The position numbers and the translations under genes were made by a program. The notes under the pieces were generated by a model. It had not been told where the DNA came from. It did not search any database and saw nothing but the letters and a program-made list of their open reading frames with translations. A DNA stretch of 64,000 bases from an uncultured Christensenellaceae bacterium (GTDB taxonomy: Bacteria; Bacillota; Clostridia; Christensenellales; CAG-1252), in the NCBI GenBank assembly GCA_964391805.1, contig CAYMNK010000002.1:19671-83670 (forward strand), given 5' to 3'. This document shows positions 42,955-56,200 of the stretch, piece by piece (within the stretch, counting starts at the first letter, position 1; each line of letters opens with the position of its first letter).

Positions 42955-43004
42955 CAATTTCTCCTGCTTAATTATGGTTTATCTATCCAATAGCAACACT
43001 TTAA

Positions 43005-43868
43005 CTAACCTATTGTAGTCCCGTCAAGAACTAATTCGCAATCGGGACATTTGACGATACCGTCGCCCTCGATGGTTGCTTCTTCACTTTTTGTCAAGAA
43101 CCAATCCTTGGTGTAGGCATAACCGCATTCGTGACACTCGCATATCTCACTCGCGTATTTAGAATAATCGGTCGAAGCCGGTGTGTATACCACAATAGTA
43201 ACGCTTATAGTGGTTTTAGCGTCTTCGCCGATTGCCTTATTGTAATCGAATTCGGATACGTAACAAGAACCGCGTCTAATGGCTTGTGATGCTAATACAA
43301 GCATCGAGGCTAAATCATTGATGCTGTCGTTGTTGTTGCAAAAATCGAGTTCGAAATTAAAATCGATATCGGTAGAAAGTATCGCATCCACATCGGCAAT
43401 GTATTTGTTAACGTCGTAACTCGTTTCGCCTTCCGTCAATATGTCGTCGGGAGTTACTACTTGAGCGGTTACGTTGAGAGAATCGAAGTATGCTGTTTCG
43501 CCTACCACAAATCCCTTATATTTCATGGTATAAATCCAATTTTTAGCGGTATCGAAGGAATCTTGCCTACATACCGAATTGGATTGATGCGCTAAATCGT
43601 GTTTTTGCTCTAAAAGTTTATTTTCCAAGTATTTTTTAGCCATTGCACCGTTTTCCGCATATGCTCCGTTTATACCGCTAACTATTAGGTCCGCATACAA
43701 CTTTTGATTCTCGATCTTTTGGGCGTCTATCTCCGCCTTTGTTTCCGATCTCGTGGTCAACAATGCATAAATACCATAATTCGGTATCATTATTGCTGCA
43801 AATACTACCAATATTATTGCCAATACAAGCAATAACGCTTTATCTCTTGCTGTTAAGGTGGTTTCCAT
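43005..43868 (-). CDS. pilO: PilO-position bitopic protein (287 aa) with C-terminal Cys-rich zinc-ribbon-like motif
   Basis: Start set to ATG 43868 (METTLTARDKALLLVLAIILVVFAAIMI) with AAGGAGGAG upstream. One N-terminal TM and a coiled-coil-like segment. C-terminus CECHECGY-x23-KCPDCEL. Assigned by operon position only. Confidence 0.5.
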   Translation of the reverse strand: METTLTARDKALLLVLAIILVVFAAIMIPNYGIYALLTTRSETKAEIDAQKIENQKLYADLIVSGINGAYAENGAMAKKYLENKLLEQKHDLAHQSNSVCRQDSFDTAKNWIYTMKYKGFVVGETAYFDSLNVTAQVVTPDDILTEGETSYDVNKYIADVDAILSTDIDFNFELDFCNNNDSINDLASMLVLASQAIRRGSCYVSEFDYNKAIGEDAKTTISVTIVVYTPASTDYSKYASEICECHECGYAYTKDWFLTKSEEATIEGDGIVKCPDCELVLDGTTIG

Positions 43869-43878
43869 ATGCTCCTCC

Positions 43879-45027
43879 TTATTTGTTAGCGAATAGGTCT
43901 TCAACCTTTTCGCTCATAATGTCGACGGCATAATTGTCGATATTAAACTTCAAATCCGCAGACTGCTCGGATGCACCGTCTATAAAATCAAATACAAGAT
44001 CTTTACCGGCGCTGAAAAATTCGCTGTCATCGATTGCATGTACAATATCTTCTAATCCGAATGCCTCAGTTTGAGTTGCGCTGATTTTAAAGGATATCGT
44101 TCTTTCTGATGGATTGATCGATAATGAACCTAACGAGTAACTATAATCTATACCGGTTTGATCGTATTCGCTCTCGATTGCCAATGCAATGCGCTCGTCC
44201 ATTATATCGAATAATCTTTCTATACAGGACTTACGGGTAATGCTGATAACGGAGTACTGTTCGTCCCCTATTTCCACGGTCATACCGTAACCCTCGGTAA
44301 GTATGTCTCTTCCTGTCGACGAATCGGCTACCAGTCTAAAGAAGGGATCCGCACCCAATGTATCGGGAGCGGTGAGATTAGTGATAAGGTCGGAATAACT
44401 TCCGTTTCCTTTGACGACCGCTATAAATTGACCTCTAAAATAAGAGTACCATATGCCGTCTTCCCCTTGCTCGGGCAAATCTTCGAACAATTCCGAATAG
44501 TCTATCATTCCCGATACAGCGGTGTATAAATATTTATAACTTTCGGCTAAAATCGCAGCGTCATCACTACTCGAATCGATATTATAAGGGGCTAACATAA
44601 CCTTAAGTTTTAATTCATCGGCAATTTCCGATAAATCGAATTTGGTGGAAAAGCCTTGCTCGTTAATAAATTGCTTAACTATCCCTATCTCGCTTGTCGA
44701 TAACGGTGAGAAAATATCGGAATGTATTTCGCTATAATACTCTATAAAACTCAAGGAAGCCTTGGTATTTTTAACGGTATTATATTCCTTTAACAAAGAC
44801 TGAGTAATGCGTTTAGTAAATTCATAAGCATCCTTTTGTGCAATAAGAGTATCGAGTTCCTTTTTCTGTTGCGCATTGGTATAGGAAAATACCGATATCA
44901 ATACGATACATACCAATAGAACCAAGCCCAAAACATATAACAGTTTTTTGGTAAGCGGAATTTTTTTTGCCTTAGACACCGCTCCGCCCGCAGCTTTAAA
45001 TAAGTTAATGTCCTTCTTGTAAGCCAT
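43879..45027 (-). CDS. pilN: PilN-like bitopic pilus alignment protein (382 aa, unusually long)
   Basis: N-terminal KKDINLFKA (compare the PilN INLLP motif) followed by TM LLYVLGLVLLVCIVLISVF. AAGGAG SD. Directly after pilM. Confidence 0.6.
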   Translation of the reverse strand: MAYKKDINLFKAAGGAVSKAKKIPLTKKLLYVLGLVLLVCIVLISVFSYTNAQQKKELDTLIAQKDAYEFTKRITQSLLKEYNTVKNTKASLSFIEYYSEIHSDIFSPLSTSEIGIVKQFINEQGFSTKFDLSEIADELKLKVMLAPYNIDSSSDDAAILAESYKYLYTAVSGMIDYSELFEDLPEQGEDGIWYSYFRGQFIAVVKGNGSYSDLITNLTAPDTLGADPFFRLVADSSTGRDILTEGYGMTVEIGDEQYSVISITRKSCIERLFDIMDERIALAIESEYDQTGIDYSYSLGSLSINPSERTISFKISATQTEAFGLEDIVHAIDDSEFFSAGKDLVFDFIDGASEQSADLKFNIDNYAVDIMSEKVEDLFANK

Positions 45028-45030
45028 ATT

Positions 45031-45951
45031 CTATCTCCTTACAAACGTGCCTAAAGCACAAGTGAATGCATTATAGTCCAACAGTTCCAATCCCTTGACG
45101 AAGGACGGCAAAGGAAGGTGGGATATCATTAGATTGACCGAATCGGCTAATGACTGCATTATTTGGTCTAATACCAAGGCATTACCGGTTACGAATACCG
45201 CCTCGATGCTCTTCTCGGGATTTCTCGATTGATAATAACGAATAGTACTATTCAACTGTGTGGATAACTCGCTCGCAAGATAACCCAAATCGAGATTATC
45301 GGGATCGGTAACATAGAGAACCGAACTCTTGGTGAATTGCTGAACGAATTCGTCAAAAATATAAACGGAAATAAACGTGTCCTTATAATCGAGTAGCACG
45401 AAGGTCTTAGTCAAAAGTTTACGATCGTTAGCATTGGAATTATATAACGATATAAGTTTACTCATTGCGTTAGGTCCGATATCCAATGAAACGGGTGTCA
45501 ATCCTAATTCAACCGCCGATACCGACAAATTATCGATAATTTCGTTGTTGATATATGTAACCATTACGCGCAGTTTGGACACCTTCTTATCATCCTTAAA
45601 TTTGTCTATCACTATATAGTCAATGGTGCTATTTTGTCCTTTGGAATCGGCGAACAACTCGGACTGAATTACCTTCTTGAGTTTTTGGTCGGGGACGTCG
45701 GGTACTATCATTTCACGGAATACTATACGGCTGTTATCCAATACGTAGCACGCTTTACCCGGTTTCATATTGGTTGCTTGCATACAGTCTTGTAGTGCCT
45801 GTGTGAACACGACGGTATCCTTGATAGAACCGCTTTCGAGCGAACCTGCTTTGGTGTTTATATCATAAAACCTTTGCACCGATATTTTATTACCGCGAGC
45901 ATCACCCTCGATAAGTTTGATTTTTTCGTCGCTAATGTATACGCAAATCAT
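45031..45951 (-). CDS. pilM: PilM-like actin-fold pilus assembly protein
   Basis: 306 aa and cytoplasmic. Lies between pilC and pilN-like, with a VLDIGPN-like phosphate-binding segment (SLDIGPNAMS) and AAGGAG SD. Sequence-level support is modest. Confidence 0.6.
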   Translation of the reverse strand: MICVYISDEKIKLIEGDARGNKISVQRFYDINTKAGSLESGSIKDTVVFTQALQDCMQATNMKPGKACYVLDNSRIVFREMIVPDVPDQKLKKVIQSELFADSKGQNSTIDYIVIDKFKDDKKVSKLRVMVTYINNEIIDNLSVSAVELGLTPVSLDIGPNAMSKLISLYNSNANDRKLLTKTFVLLDYKDTFISVYIFDEFVQQFTKSSVLYVTDPDNLDLGYLASELSTQLNSTIRYYQSRNPEKSIEAVFVTGNALVLDQIMQSLADSVNLMISHLPLPSFVKGLELLDYNAFTCALGTFVRR

Positions 45952-45962
45952 TTTCTTGCTCC

Positions 45963-47138
45963 TTATTCGATATTGAAGTTAAACATCGGTTGTACCACCG
46001 CTAATAACAGCATTCCTATAACTACCGCCATTACTACCATCATCAACGGATTGATAAGTGCGGTCAAACCCTTGATAGCCGAATCGGCTTCCTCGTCGAA
46101 ATAGTTGGCAACTCTATTGAGTACGTCTCCCAATACGCCCGACTCTTCGCCGACGAATAACATGCTCGTCAACAAAGGATCGAAACAGTCTACCGAAGAT
46201 ATCGCTTTACTCATCGTTTCGCCCTTTTTGATAAGGAAAACCGCTTCTTCCATTTGTTGGGATATGTAACTGTTTCCGACCGTCGCCGTTGCCATAGATA
46301 TGGCGTCTACTATCGATATACCGCCCTCATAAAGGGTTGCAAGCGTTCTCGCAAAAGTTGCAGTATATGTCTTGCGAACGAGTTTACCGATTTTTGGCAA
46401 CTTGATTTTAAGTCGGTCGAGCTCATACCTTATCTTGGGGATATTCTTGATAATCGGCAAGGTGAAATACAATATCACTATCACAAGCACCAAGATATAC
46501 CAGTAATTCAATATGAAGTTGGCTATATTTAGCAACAGTTGAGTCATAGCAGGAATCTCGGTCATACCGCTAACCATCTTAGGCAATACGAAAACGGCAA
46601 GCACAATGAATACTACAGCAGTAATCAAACCGAGTATTTTTGGGTAATTCATGGCACTCTTGACTTGATTCTTGAGTTTCATTTCCTTCTCGAACTGCTC
46701 GGACAGCTTACTGAGCGACTTATCGAGATCACCCGTTTGTTCACCTGCTTTGATCATATTGTACATGATGCTCGGAAACGCTCTACCTTGTTTGGATATT
46801 GCATCGGATAAAGAATTACCCTTTTGGACTAACTCCAACAGGTTCCCCGTAACATCCCGAAGATTGCCTTTTTCCATCTTGGAATACAGCATATCGAGGG
46901 CGTTCGCCAACGCTACACCTGCATGGATTATAGATGATAACTGCGAACAAAAATTGATAAGCTGTTTTAACGGCAACGGCTTATTACCCGAGGTTTGATC
47001 CTTTAGTCGGGTGTACGACAAACAGTAGTTACCGTTTTTGGTAACCAACTGTTTGATTTCCTCATCGCTTTGAGCAATCATCGTTCCCTTGATTGTCTTA
47101 CCCTCGGGGGTTAGTGCAACATACGAATATTTTTGCAT
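45963..47138 (-). CDS. pilC: Type IV pilus platform protein PilC (GspF family)
   Basis: Two GspF-type repeats (..FCSQLSSIIHAGVALANALDML.. and ..FARTLATLYEGGISIVDAISMA..) and three TM segments. Start set to ATG 47138 (MQKYSYVALTPEGK) with AAGGAG upstream. Confidence 0.92.
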   Translation of the reverse strand: MQKYSYVALTPEGKTIKGTMIAQSDEEIKQLVTKNGNYCLSYTRLKDQTSGNKPLPLKQLINFCSQLSSIIHAGVALANALDMLYSKMEKGNLRDVTGNLLELVQKGNSLSDAISKQGRAFPSIMYNMIKAGEQTGDLDKSLSKLSEQFEKEMKLKNQVKSAMNYPKILGLITAVVFIVLAVFVLPKMVSGMTEIPAMTQLLLNIANFILNYWYILVLVIVILYFTLPIIKNIPKIRYELDRLKIKLPKIGKLVRKTYTATFARTLATLYEGGISIVDAISMATATVGNSYISQQMEEAVFLIKKGETMSKAISSVDCFDPLLTSMLFVGEESGVLGDVLNRVANYFDEEADSAIKGLTALINPLMMVVMAVVIGMLLLAVVQPMFNFNIE

Positions 47139-47174
47139 TATAATCTCCTTGCGAGAATATCGCCTCAATAATTA

Positions 47175-47203
47175 ATTTTATTATATAATTATATATTTGT
47201 CAA
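47175..47203 (-). promoter_or_regulatory. Promoter TTGACA-17-TAAAAT upstream of pilC
   Basis: Minus strand: TTGACA (47203-47198), 17-nt spacer, TAAAAT (47180-47175). Lies in the 112-nt gap after the LRR giant. Confidence 0.6.
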
Positions 47204-47250
47204 TGAAGGTTGTACCTCAATGGCGTTTCTTGATTAAAACTTAACATTGA

Positions 47251-50200
47251 TTAACCGACTTGTTCTACCGTGTATCCCGTAAATGCATCCGCTTCATAGG
47301 TCAGACGATTGCCGTCTACGGCATATAACGGTAATAGTATCTTTTCACCGTTATGACGGTTGTTATGATTCTCACATACGCTTGCCAACTGCTTGATTAC
47401 ATAGTTTTCTATAGAGAAGTGCGACCAATTCCAGTGAGGAATCAAAACTCCGCCTTCGTAACCACTCAACACGTTACTCATATCGGTTTCGTCGGTAGAA
47501 TAAGCTATCGGATAGTAAATCTTAGCACCGCTTGCGAAGACATTAGAGGATAGCTCTAAATTCTTATTCATAGAAATAAACTGCACCTCGCTAACGGTTG
47601 CGAATGATTGAGTGCGAATGGACGAGTAAACAGCAGAAACAATCAAGAAAGATATGCTTGTACCCTTGAATGCATTTTCGGATACAGTCAAATTTTTACC
47701 TCTAAGCGATAAAGACTTCAATCCGATACAGTTTTCAAAAGCACTTACGCCTATGTAACTAAGTGACGAAGCGGAACTAAAATCAACTGCATTATAGCCC
47801 GTGCAACTTCCTCTCAATTCGCATTCGTAGCGATGTAAACAGTTTGCACCGCCTTCGCAATCGACTAATCCCGTACATCCGGCAAAGGCATAATCGCCTA
47901 TGCTTTCGACATACGAACCAATCGTCACGTACTCGAGAGAGGTTACGTTATAAAATGCGTAAGACTCTATACCGATACAGTTAAAATCGGTTAGATATAG
48001 CGCATTGATAGTACTGTTCATAAACGCTCTCGTACCGATAATAACATATCCTTTGCCCTTTCCTAAGGTTTGATAATAGCCGTCAGATGTCTTATAAACA
48101 CCAATGGAAGATTGCTCGGAAACACTTATTTCGTTGCAGTACGATAAAATGTCGGCAGGATATGCGATTAATTTAGTTACATTATTATCTTGATTGACGA
48201 ACAATGCTCCGTTAAGCACAAAATACTTAGCGTTTGCCGAATCGACTTTAATATTTTTCAACTTCGGCGTATTCTCGATAGCGCCGAGCACGAAATCACC
48301 GTTTTCGAGTGTAATCGGAGCGGAAAAGTCTGTTAAGTCCTTACCTAATGAAAGTTTGGCTATCGATGTACCCGAGAATACGCCTGCTCCTATCTCGCAA
48401 ATACTTAACAACGTCACGTTATTCAAAGTAACGACATTGTCATATATGGCGGTATGTTTCAACGATTTATCGAAGGGAATATCCGTTTGAATGCTTCCCG
48501 ATAATACGCTGAGTCCGCGTGCGTAGGCGTATGCGCCGATATACTCTACATTGCTTGCTACAAATCCTATCTTAGTATTGGCAAAAGCGTAATCGCCCAC
48601 CGTCTTAATAGAATAGGACACAAAATCATTTCCGCTCACCGAGCTCAAATCGGTAGCATAGAAGGCGCCCTCTCCTACTTCACCAAGTCCACCGCTTATT
48701 TGGAAGTTTGAATTTGACGATCCTAAAAGGGTATTCTTTGCAAATGCATAACTATCAATTATCGCTCCGTCTGCAAATACTATATCGATATTTTGTAGTA
48801 CGCCGTCGTTGACTTTCAAAACTTCCTTGCCGTTCTCACCGCCGAATTCAACGTTTGCAAAGGCGTATGCGCCTATTCTCTTGACCGAACCGAGTTTAAG
48901 TGAGGTCAAAGCAACACCGGAGAAAGCATAATCGTCAATATAGTCTAAATCAATAGACGGAATACTTACGCTTGTTATCGAAGTACCTACAAATGCATAT
49001 TTGCCTATATATTCGAGGTTACTTTGATTTCTCGAACCGAATACAACATTAGTAAGTGAGGTCATTCCGTATAAAGCATTATCCTCGATATACCTTAACT
49101 GCGAATTGAACTCTATGGTTTTGATTTTGCTCGATACCTTAGTTGAAAATTCTTCGCCTACACCTATAACGGTTTGTCCGTCTATTTCATCGGGGAAGTA
49201 AACAGCCTCGGAACAATATTGACAGTTTTCATAGTCGTGAGAAGCACTCTTTTTCATTCCGACAATTTCGATACCGTTTTCAGTTACAACAAACTCGAAA
49301 CAGGTACTCGGAGTATAAAGGAATAGATTTTGCTCTTCTTCGGGATGCTCGACAATGTATTCGCTATCCTTGTAGCCTAATGCCTCGAGATATGCGATAA
49401 CCTTGGTTGCGTTGTATGGTACTTTTACCGTAATGTTATCGTGAAGCACAAATAATGGCGTTTCAGAGGTGTCGGGAAGCGACAAGACGTCGTCTTGGAA
49501 ATGCACGTACAACAACGAGTTACAGTTATCGAATGCGCCCTCGCCTATGGATTCGACGGAAGAAGGAATGCTGATTTCGGTTATTCCGTCACAATCGGCA
49601 AAGGCAAATGCTCCAATATTCTTAATCGAACCCGTAAATACTACTTCGCTTATATTCGAGTCTCTAAACGCTTCGCTTCCTATGGAAATCAATGCGTCAG
49701 AGGTAGGAATTGAACGGAGTGCTGTATTTTTGAAAGCACCGTTTGCAATTTCCGTTACGGTATTAGGAAGTTTAACGCTTACTAACGAATTACACGATGC
49801 AAAAACGTTCTCGGGAATAACCTCAATGTGCGTTTCGGATAAATCTACCGAAACGAGATTATAACAACCTTCGAATACGCCTATCGGTAAACTCGTTATC
49901 GTATCGAGAAGTTCTATTGTTTCGATTGCCGAGTTACCGCTGAATGCATCCTTGGATATCGAAGAAACTTGCTTACCCTCAAGATAGTATGGTATTACTA
50001 TTTGCCTTGAATTGAGCACATCGCTTAGTCCGATTATCTCGATTTTTCCGTTCTTTTCTCTATAAACCAAGTCACTTTTGACGGATACCTCTTTATATCC
50101 TATAGCAAAGTTGTTTAAGTTATCGATTAGTTGTGCACCTTGTGGCAAGTATACAAACGCTCCGTCTACAAAAACTCTCTTGTCGGAGTCGGTTGAGTAT

Positions 50201-53200
50201 ACGTCCGATTCGAAGTGAATAGTCTTGACATTACAGTTATCAAATGCACCCTCGCCTATCGATATAGACGAATTGGTCGATTCGTACGGTACGACAACGG
50301 TCCTAATGTCGGTAGAAACGCCGTAGAAAGCGTAGTTATCTATGCCCAAAACATTAATACCGTTAACGATTGACGGCAATATTACGATAGAATTATTCTT
50401 CAACTTCGATGTCGATAGGAAGGTATGCAACAGCACCTTTTCGTCTTTAACAGTATATAAAATACTGTTATCCTTATCGAATATCATATTGCCAAAACTA
50501 TATGAGAGAGTTCCGTCATCGTTCAATACGGCAATTTCAACAATGCTTGCACAGGATGCAAAGGCTTTATTGTCTATTTCGGCAAGTTTTTCGCTTCCGT
50601 ATACAGCAGTAAGCGCTGTGTCGCCTTCAAAGGCACCTGCACCTATACTTGTTACGTTATTGCCTAAATATAAAGCGCCTTCTGTACCGACAAGAGCGGT
50701 ATCGTAAGCAAATGCATAATCGGGAATATTTACTATACCGTCATGCATTATTACGTTTTTAAGATACCTATTGTATGCAAAAGCACCGTATCCGATCTGT
50801 TCGATATCGGTAGGTATTACAAACTCGGTTAATGTAGACGAAGTGGTATATAACACCAAAGTATTAAATCCGTCTACATTACCTACCAATGCGCTATAAG
50901 ACAATCCGTCAATCACTTCACCGATAACGCTAAATACCGAATTGGTGGAGTACATAGTACTCAATTCGTCATCGGGATCGTAGTCGATATTGGAAATGCT
51001 TGCTACATATACGCGTTCTATTTCGTTACCGTATAAGAATCCTTCACCTAAGGTGTATACATATCTTCCTAATGCAAATACTCTAATTCCCGCATTTGCG
51101 AAAGCGTTCGCGGATATTTCTCTTACCTCTTTGCCGTTTATGTATGTAGGAATTACCAATGTATCGTGATTATTGCATTCACAGTTATTGGACAATCCGG
51201 TAATAGTTATATATTCACCCTCTGTATAGGTAAAACATTCAACTGCGGTATGTTGTACGCAAATTACTCCGTTGACCGATACCGATGAAATATCCGTTCC
51301 GAAGGGTAGGCAATTGTAACCTTTGTCTAAACAATAATCATATACATTGCTACCTACCGGGCAATCGATTACGAGGTTTGTCAGCGAATAACATTCCAAC
51401 TCGGACGAGATTATAGAATACCTCGTCAATACAGAGGAATGTGCTCTATCTAAAGTGAAGGAATAGCCGTCATTCGATACGTAATCGCCCTCATTATCGA
51501 GAACAAACCTTGCCTTAGAGTACTTCGTTTTACCGCTCTCGGACAGCACATATTTGCCGTCCATTAACGAATAGATACCTTCGGAATTTTCGTAGAACCC
51601 ATTGAAGAATTTAACATATTCGCCGTCGAGTAATACGAAGTCACCGTCTTCGCTTATATACGCTTTGGGGAGTATTCCGTTAAAAATATCTTCTCCGTTG
51701 ATATCGATATCACCTTCGAAGTAGATATTAACCAACGAATCAGCACCCATAAATGCATCTCTACCTATTGTCTTTACGCTTTCGGGGATATATACGGTAA
51801 TAAGTTTACTGTATTCGAAAGCGTTGGACTCGATAGCTATCGTATTAGAAGGTACTTTATATAGCCTGTCATCACCCGATGGAATTAACCCTGCCGGATA
51901 GACTTTGAGTATTACTCTACCTGTGTATACACCGTCCGAACCTATTTCACGCTCGAATAATACTCCGTCATCCATATTAACGAAAGTGGTGTTTCTACTA
52001 CTTACATTAATAAGTTTAAGGTTGATCGTTCCCGAGAACACGCTCTTACCGAGGTTTTGGAGATTACCTCCTATTTGCACGCTTTCGAGATTCTTATTGT
52101 CCTTAAATGCGTAATCGCCGACCGACTCGATTCCGTCGGATATCAACACGGTGGTAAGTGCGCAGTTTGCAAATGAATAATCGCCTATAGAACGCACGTT
52201 GATACCGAATTGCACATAGGTTAATCCGTTTGATAGGTTCATTTCTTTACCGCCACTTACCGACAATACGCCCGATTTATAAACGATATATAAATTCTCG
52301 TATACTGCGGTGGTAACGATTTCGCCCTCTATTTCGTTACGAATACATGCAACAGTCTTGTCGTTGACGGTAATATTACCGCCGACAACCCTTATTTGTA
52401 ATCCGTCGACTATCAAATAAATGTTTTTATTTCTCTCTGTAGTGATGAGATATTCGTCGACTGCGCCATTCGAATCGTTTACGGTAACTATATTATCACC
52501 ATCCTTGATAGACACTATTTTATTCTCAATGTCGAACAATCCATTACAGCCGTTGAAAGCATAGTCATGTATAGCGGTAACCGCACTCGATAGCGTTATC
52601 TCGGTCAAATACTTACAATTTTCAAAAGCGTGTGCCGGTATTTCCTTCAATCCGATACCAAAGGAAACGGATATCAATCCGCTATCGGCAAAAGCATATT
52701 CGCCCAATTCCTTGACACTTTCGGTCAACGCGGTGGGCAATTCTCTTAACGCGGACGTTCCTTTAAATGCACTATTACCAATCTTAACGATTACGCCTTG
52801 AACTACTATTCCTTCGAGATTATCCGCACCCTCGAACAAACTGTCCGCGATTTCGGTAATGGACAAAGGAAGGGTTATAGAGGTAATCGCAGTTCCCATA
52901 AAGGCACCTTTACCTATGGTGGTTACACTTTCGGGAATGATTATTTCCTCTAACGATCCGCACGAGGCAAAAGCATATTCTCCAATAGTATGAACATTTT
53001 CGGGAATGGTAACGGTTACTAAACTGTCACAGCCCATAAATGCACCGTCGGAAATGGTGAATAGCAATTCGGGTAGATTGTTTATGCTCTTCAATCCGCT
53101 GTTACCGAATGCATTTGCTCCTATAGATTTGAGTGAATTCAATAAAGGCATTTCCTCGAGACTCTCGCATCCATAGAAGGTGCGTTCTTCTATGCTGTAT

Positions 53201-56200
53201 ATCGCACTATCGGGATCGATAATTATGTTTTTGATAAACAATGCGTTTTCAAAAGCGCCTATACCTATAGAGGTAAGTTGTTCACCTAAAACAAGCGTTG
53301 AAACATTACTGTTTTCATATCCGTACATCGCATAAGGTAAAATACTCGTCACTCCGTTAGGAATGGTCAAAGTATCTATCGAATTGGGATTGATTGCAGA
53401 CGAAAGTACAGCTACAAGTTCAATACCGTTATGTACTAACGCAGTATAAATAGGTTTACCGTTGCCCGAATTGTAGCTAACGAGCGAATATCCATAAGAA
53501 TTATTGATTTCGCCACTAAACGATTCGAGCGATTTCACTCCTGCAAAGGCACCGGATGCGATGTATTCTATAGAATTCGTAAGCTCAAAGGTTTTAGCGG
53601 TAGTCGTTGCAAGTACGGCATAAATGCTAATCGATTCGTCTAAGCCTTCGTCATAATTATTTGTGATATATTTAAGTCCGCTTACATTATTCAATTTAAA
53701 GTTATTATTAGCGCCTCTAAATATCACCTCATTTAATACGATGGTTCCGTCGGTAACGGTGTAGTCGGATTCGCTGAGTATGTCGTTTATAACTGCCTCG
53801 GACAGCACTTCTTTATCGATATCGGTAAATGTACCGACAAATACGTATTCACCGAAAGTGGTGAGATCTTCGGGCAAACTTACCGTCAATAGTTTATCTG
53901 CATGCGAAAATGCTCCGTCCCCTATAGCGGTTACCTTTTTACCGTCAATATATCTCGGCACTACAAGTTTAAGTGCGTTCTTTCCGCTGTCCGTTAATCC
54001 GCTTATCATTATTTCGTTACCGTTAACGGTTTCATAAGTGAAATAACTTATAGGCGAATAATATATAGTCGTTGATTTATTAGCCTTAACATATGCTTCG
54101 ATATTGGTTACGCCTAAGGGTGCATAGAAGGTAACAGAATCGCCCTTTCCATTAGCCATAAAGGCTTTACCCGATATAGAAATATCATTTTCGACATATA
54201 CGCTCAAGGTGTCGGACTTAACGGCAAATGCATTATTACCAACCGATGTAATACTTCTCTGTAAAACAACCTCTGTTATATATGTACCCGAGAAACTGTT
54301 ATCGGCTATATAACGTACAGATGACGGAATGGATATTGCGGTAATTTTCTTCTTGAGATTAACGCTGACCTTGGATAAGTCTATACCTACTATTTCCGCT
54401 CCGTCTACAAATCTCGGTATCAACAGTTCGGTATCGTTCAGCAACGCGTTTCCGTCGATTCCGCTCAATATTGCCTCGTTATCGCTTATCTTAGTTATAA
54501 CCATATTCTTAGCGTAATCTGTATTAATTACAGGTACCGATGTCTTTTGAATAAAGGCATCGAGGTTGTCGCTGTTTCCGTAAATAACTACATTGGCGTT
54601 ACTACCCTTAAATACGCCGTTACCTATGGTAAACGTGCGTGCGCTTTCTACATATACGCCGACGATAGATGTATCGTAAGCAAATACCGTATTGCCTAAC
54701 GTAATGGCTCCGTCTCCTAAGAAGATAACGGTTTCTAAATTACTGAGTTCGGCAAAGGCGTTATTACCGATACTTCTGACGCTTTCGGGAATTATTACCT
54801 TAGTTATCGAACGGATTCCGTAGAATACCGCAGAATCGATACAAACTACCTTAGCTTTAACCGCACTTCCGTCGCTGAGTTTAACAGTTAAATATTCGGG
54901 TATTATCAAGGTAGACTTGATCTTATCTTTATTAACTGCAATGATGGTCGCTTCATATACACCCGAAGAAGACATCGTTACTTCAACTATAAAGGCATCT
55001 TCGGATACGTATGCTCTAAACGGAATTCCGTGAAGTTTCGCATAACTTTCTACCAAACTATTCTCTATACCGTATACCGTGAACGAATCGTTGTAATCGG
55101 TAAATACCGTTACATCTCCGTCTTCGACATATCCTAATGAGGTAGGTTCGCTACGGAATATTACCTGAACAAGATCGCTCATTCCGTCAAATGCGCCCGC
55201 TTCCACCCTCTTTAATGTGGTCGGAAGTATTATCTTGGTAACCTTGACACTACTACTCGAAACATACCTAAATGCACCGCTCTTAATCGTGCTGATGCCT
55301 TCGGGCAATACTACTGTACCTAATTCGCCACCTTCTCCACCTAAACCATAGTATGCATAAAGGATAGATCCGTCCTTACTTAACAGCATGTTATCGGTCG
55401 AATCGTCTTCGAAACTTTGGTTATTGACAGATACCGATACGTTAATTGCATTGGTTATTGCACCGCTACTAACAGTGTAACTTCTATCCGAGAACATGTT
55501 ACCGTCAATAGTCATTACGTTATCGCCAATAGTTACATTCTTGATAACCTTACATCCGCTCAAAACATTTGCTCCAATATGCAATACGCTATTACCGAAA
55601 GTTATGGATTGCAATCTGCTTGCATCGAGGAAGGCTTCATCCGATACTTCGGTAATGTTACCGCTTATCGAAATAGATTGAATGGTCGTATTCGCGAAAC
55701 CTCTGTTTGCGATCTCTATAACCGGGTAACTTATTCCGTTAATATACGCATAATCGGGAAGTTTTACATCGGTGTTATAGGCAGTTTGTTTCCAAATACT
55801 GTCACTTACGTCTTTTATGCTTATGGTAGCACCCAAAGTTTTACCGAGATATACGTTTGAAATGGTATATAAATCGATCTTTTCGGTGAGTTCTTCGACT
55901 TCACCTTTGATGAGCGAATAATAAACTTTACCGTCGGACAATCTTTCGTATGCATATAAGCATTTTTGTGTACCCGACAAGATGTTGGCAAATCTACCGA
56001 TATATAATTCATCGGGTAATACGTTGCGCTTACCGCTTATCGACATACTGTCACTTACGGTGGCTTCCTTACCGAGTGCGTAAACTACGCCGTCAAAAAC
56101 TTCTACCGATACAAACTCGTTGTCGTCGCTAAGGTAATAATATTCGTTATTCAAGTACTTATCGTATGACAATAAATCTTGTTTTAGCGATACCAATGCG

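Noticed and set aside
30779-47138. Com-type competence pseudopilus (comG operon) instead of a type IV pilus
   Set aside because: PilM-, PilN- and PilO-like genes are present, a major pilin is separately transcribed, and no ComEA/ComEC/ComFA is in the window. All of this fits a clostridial-type T4P better. DNA uptake cannot be excluded from sequence alone.
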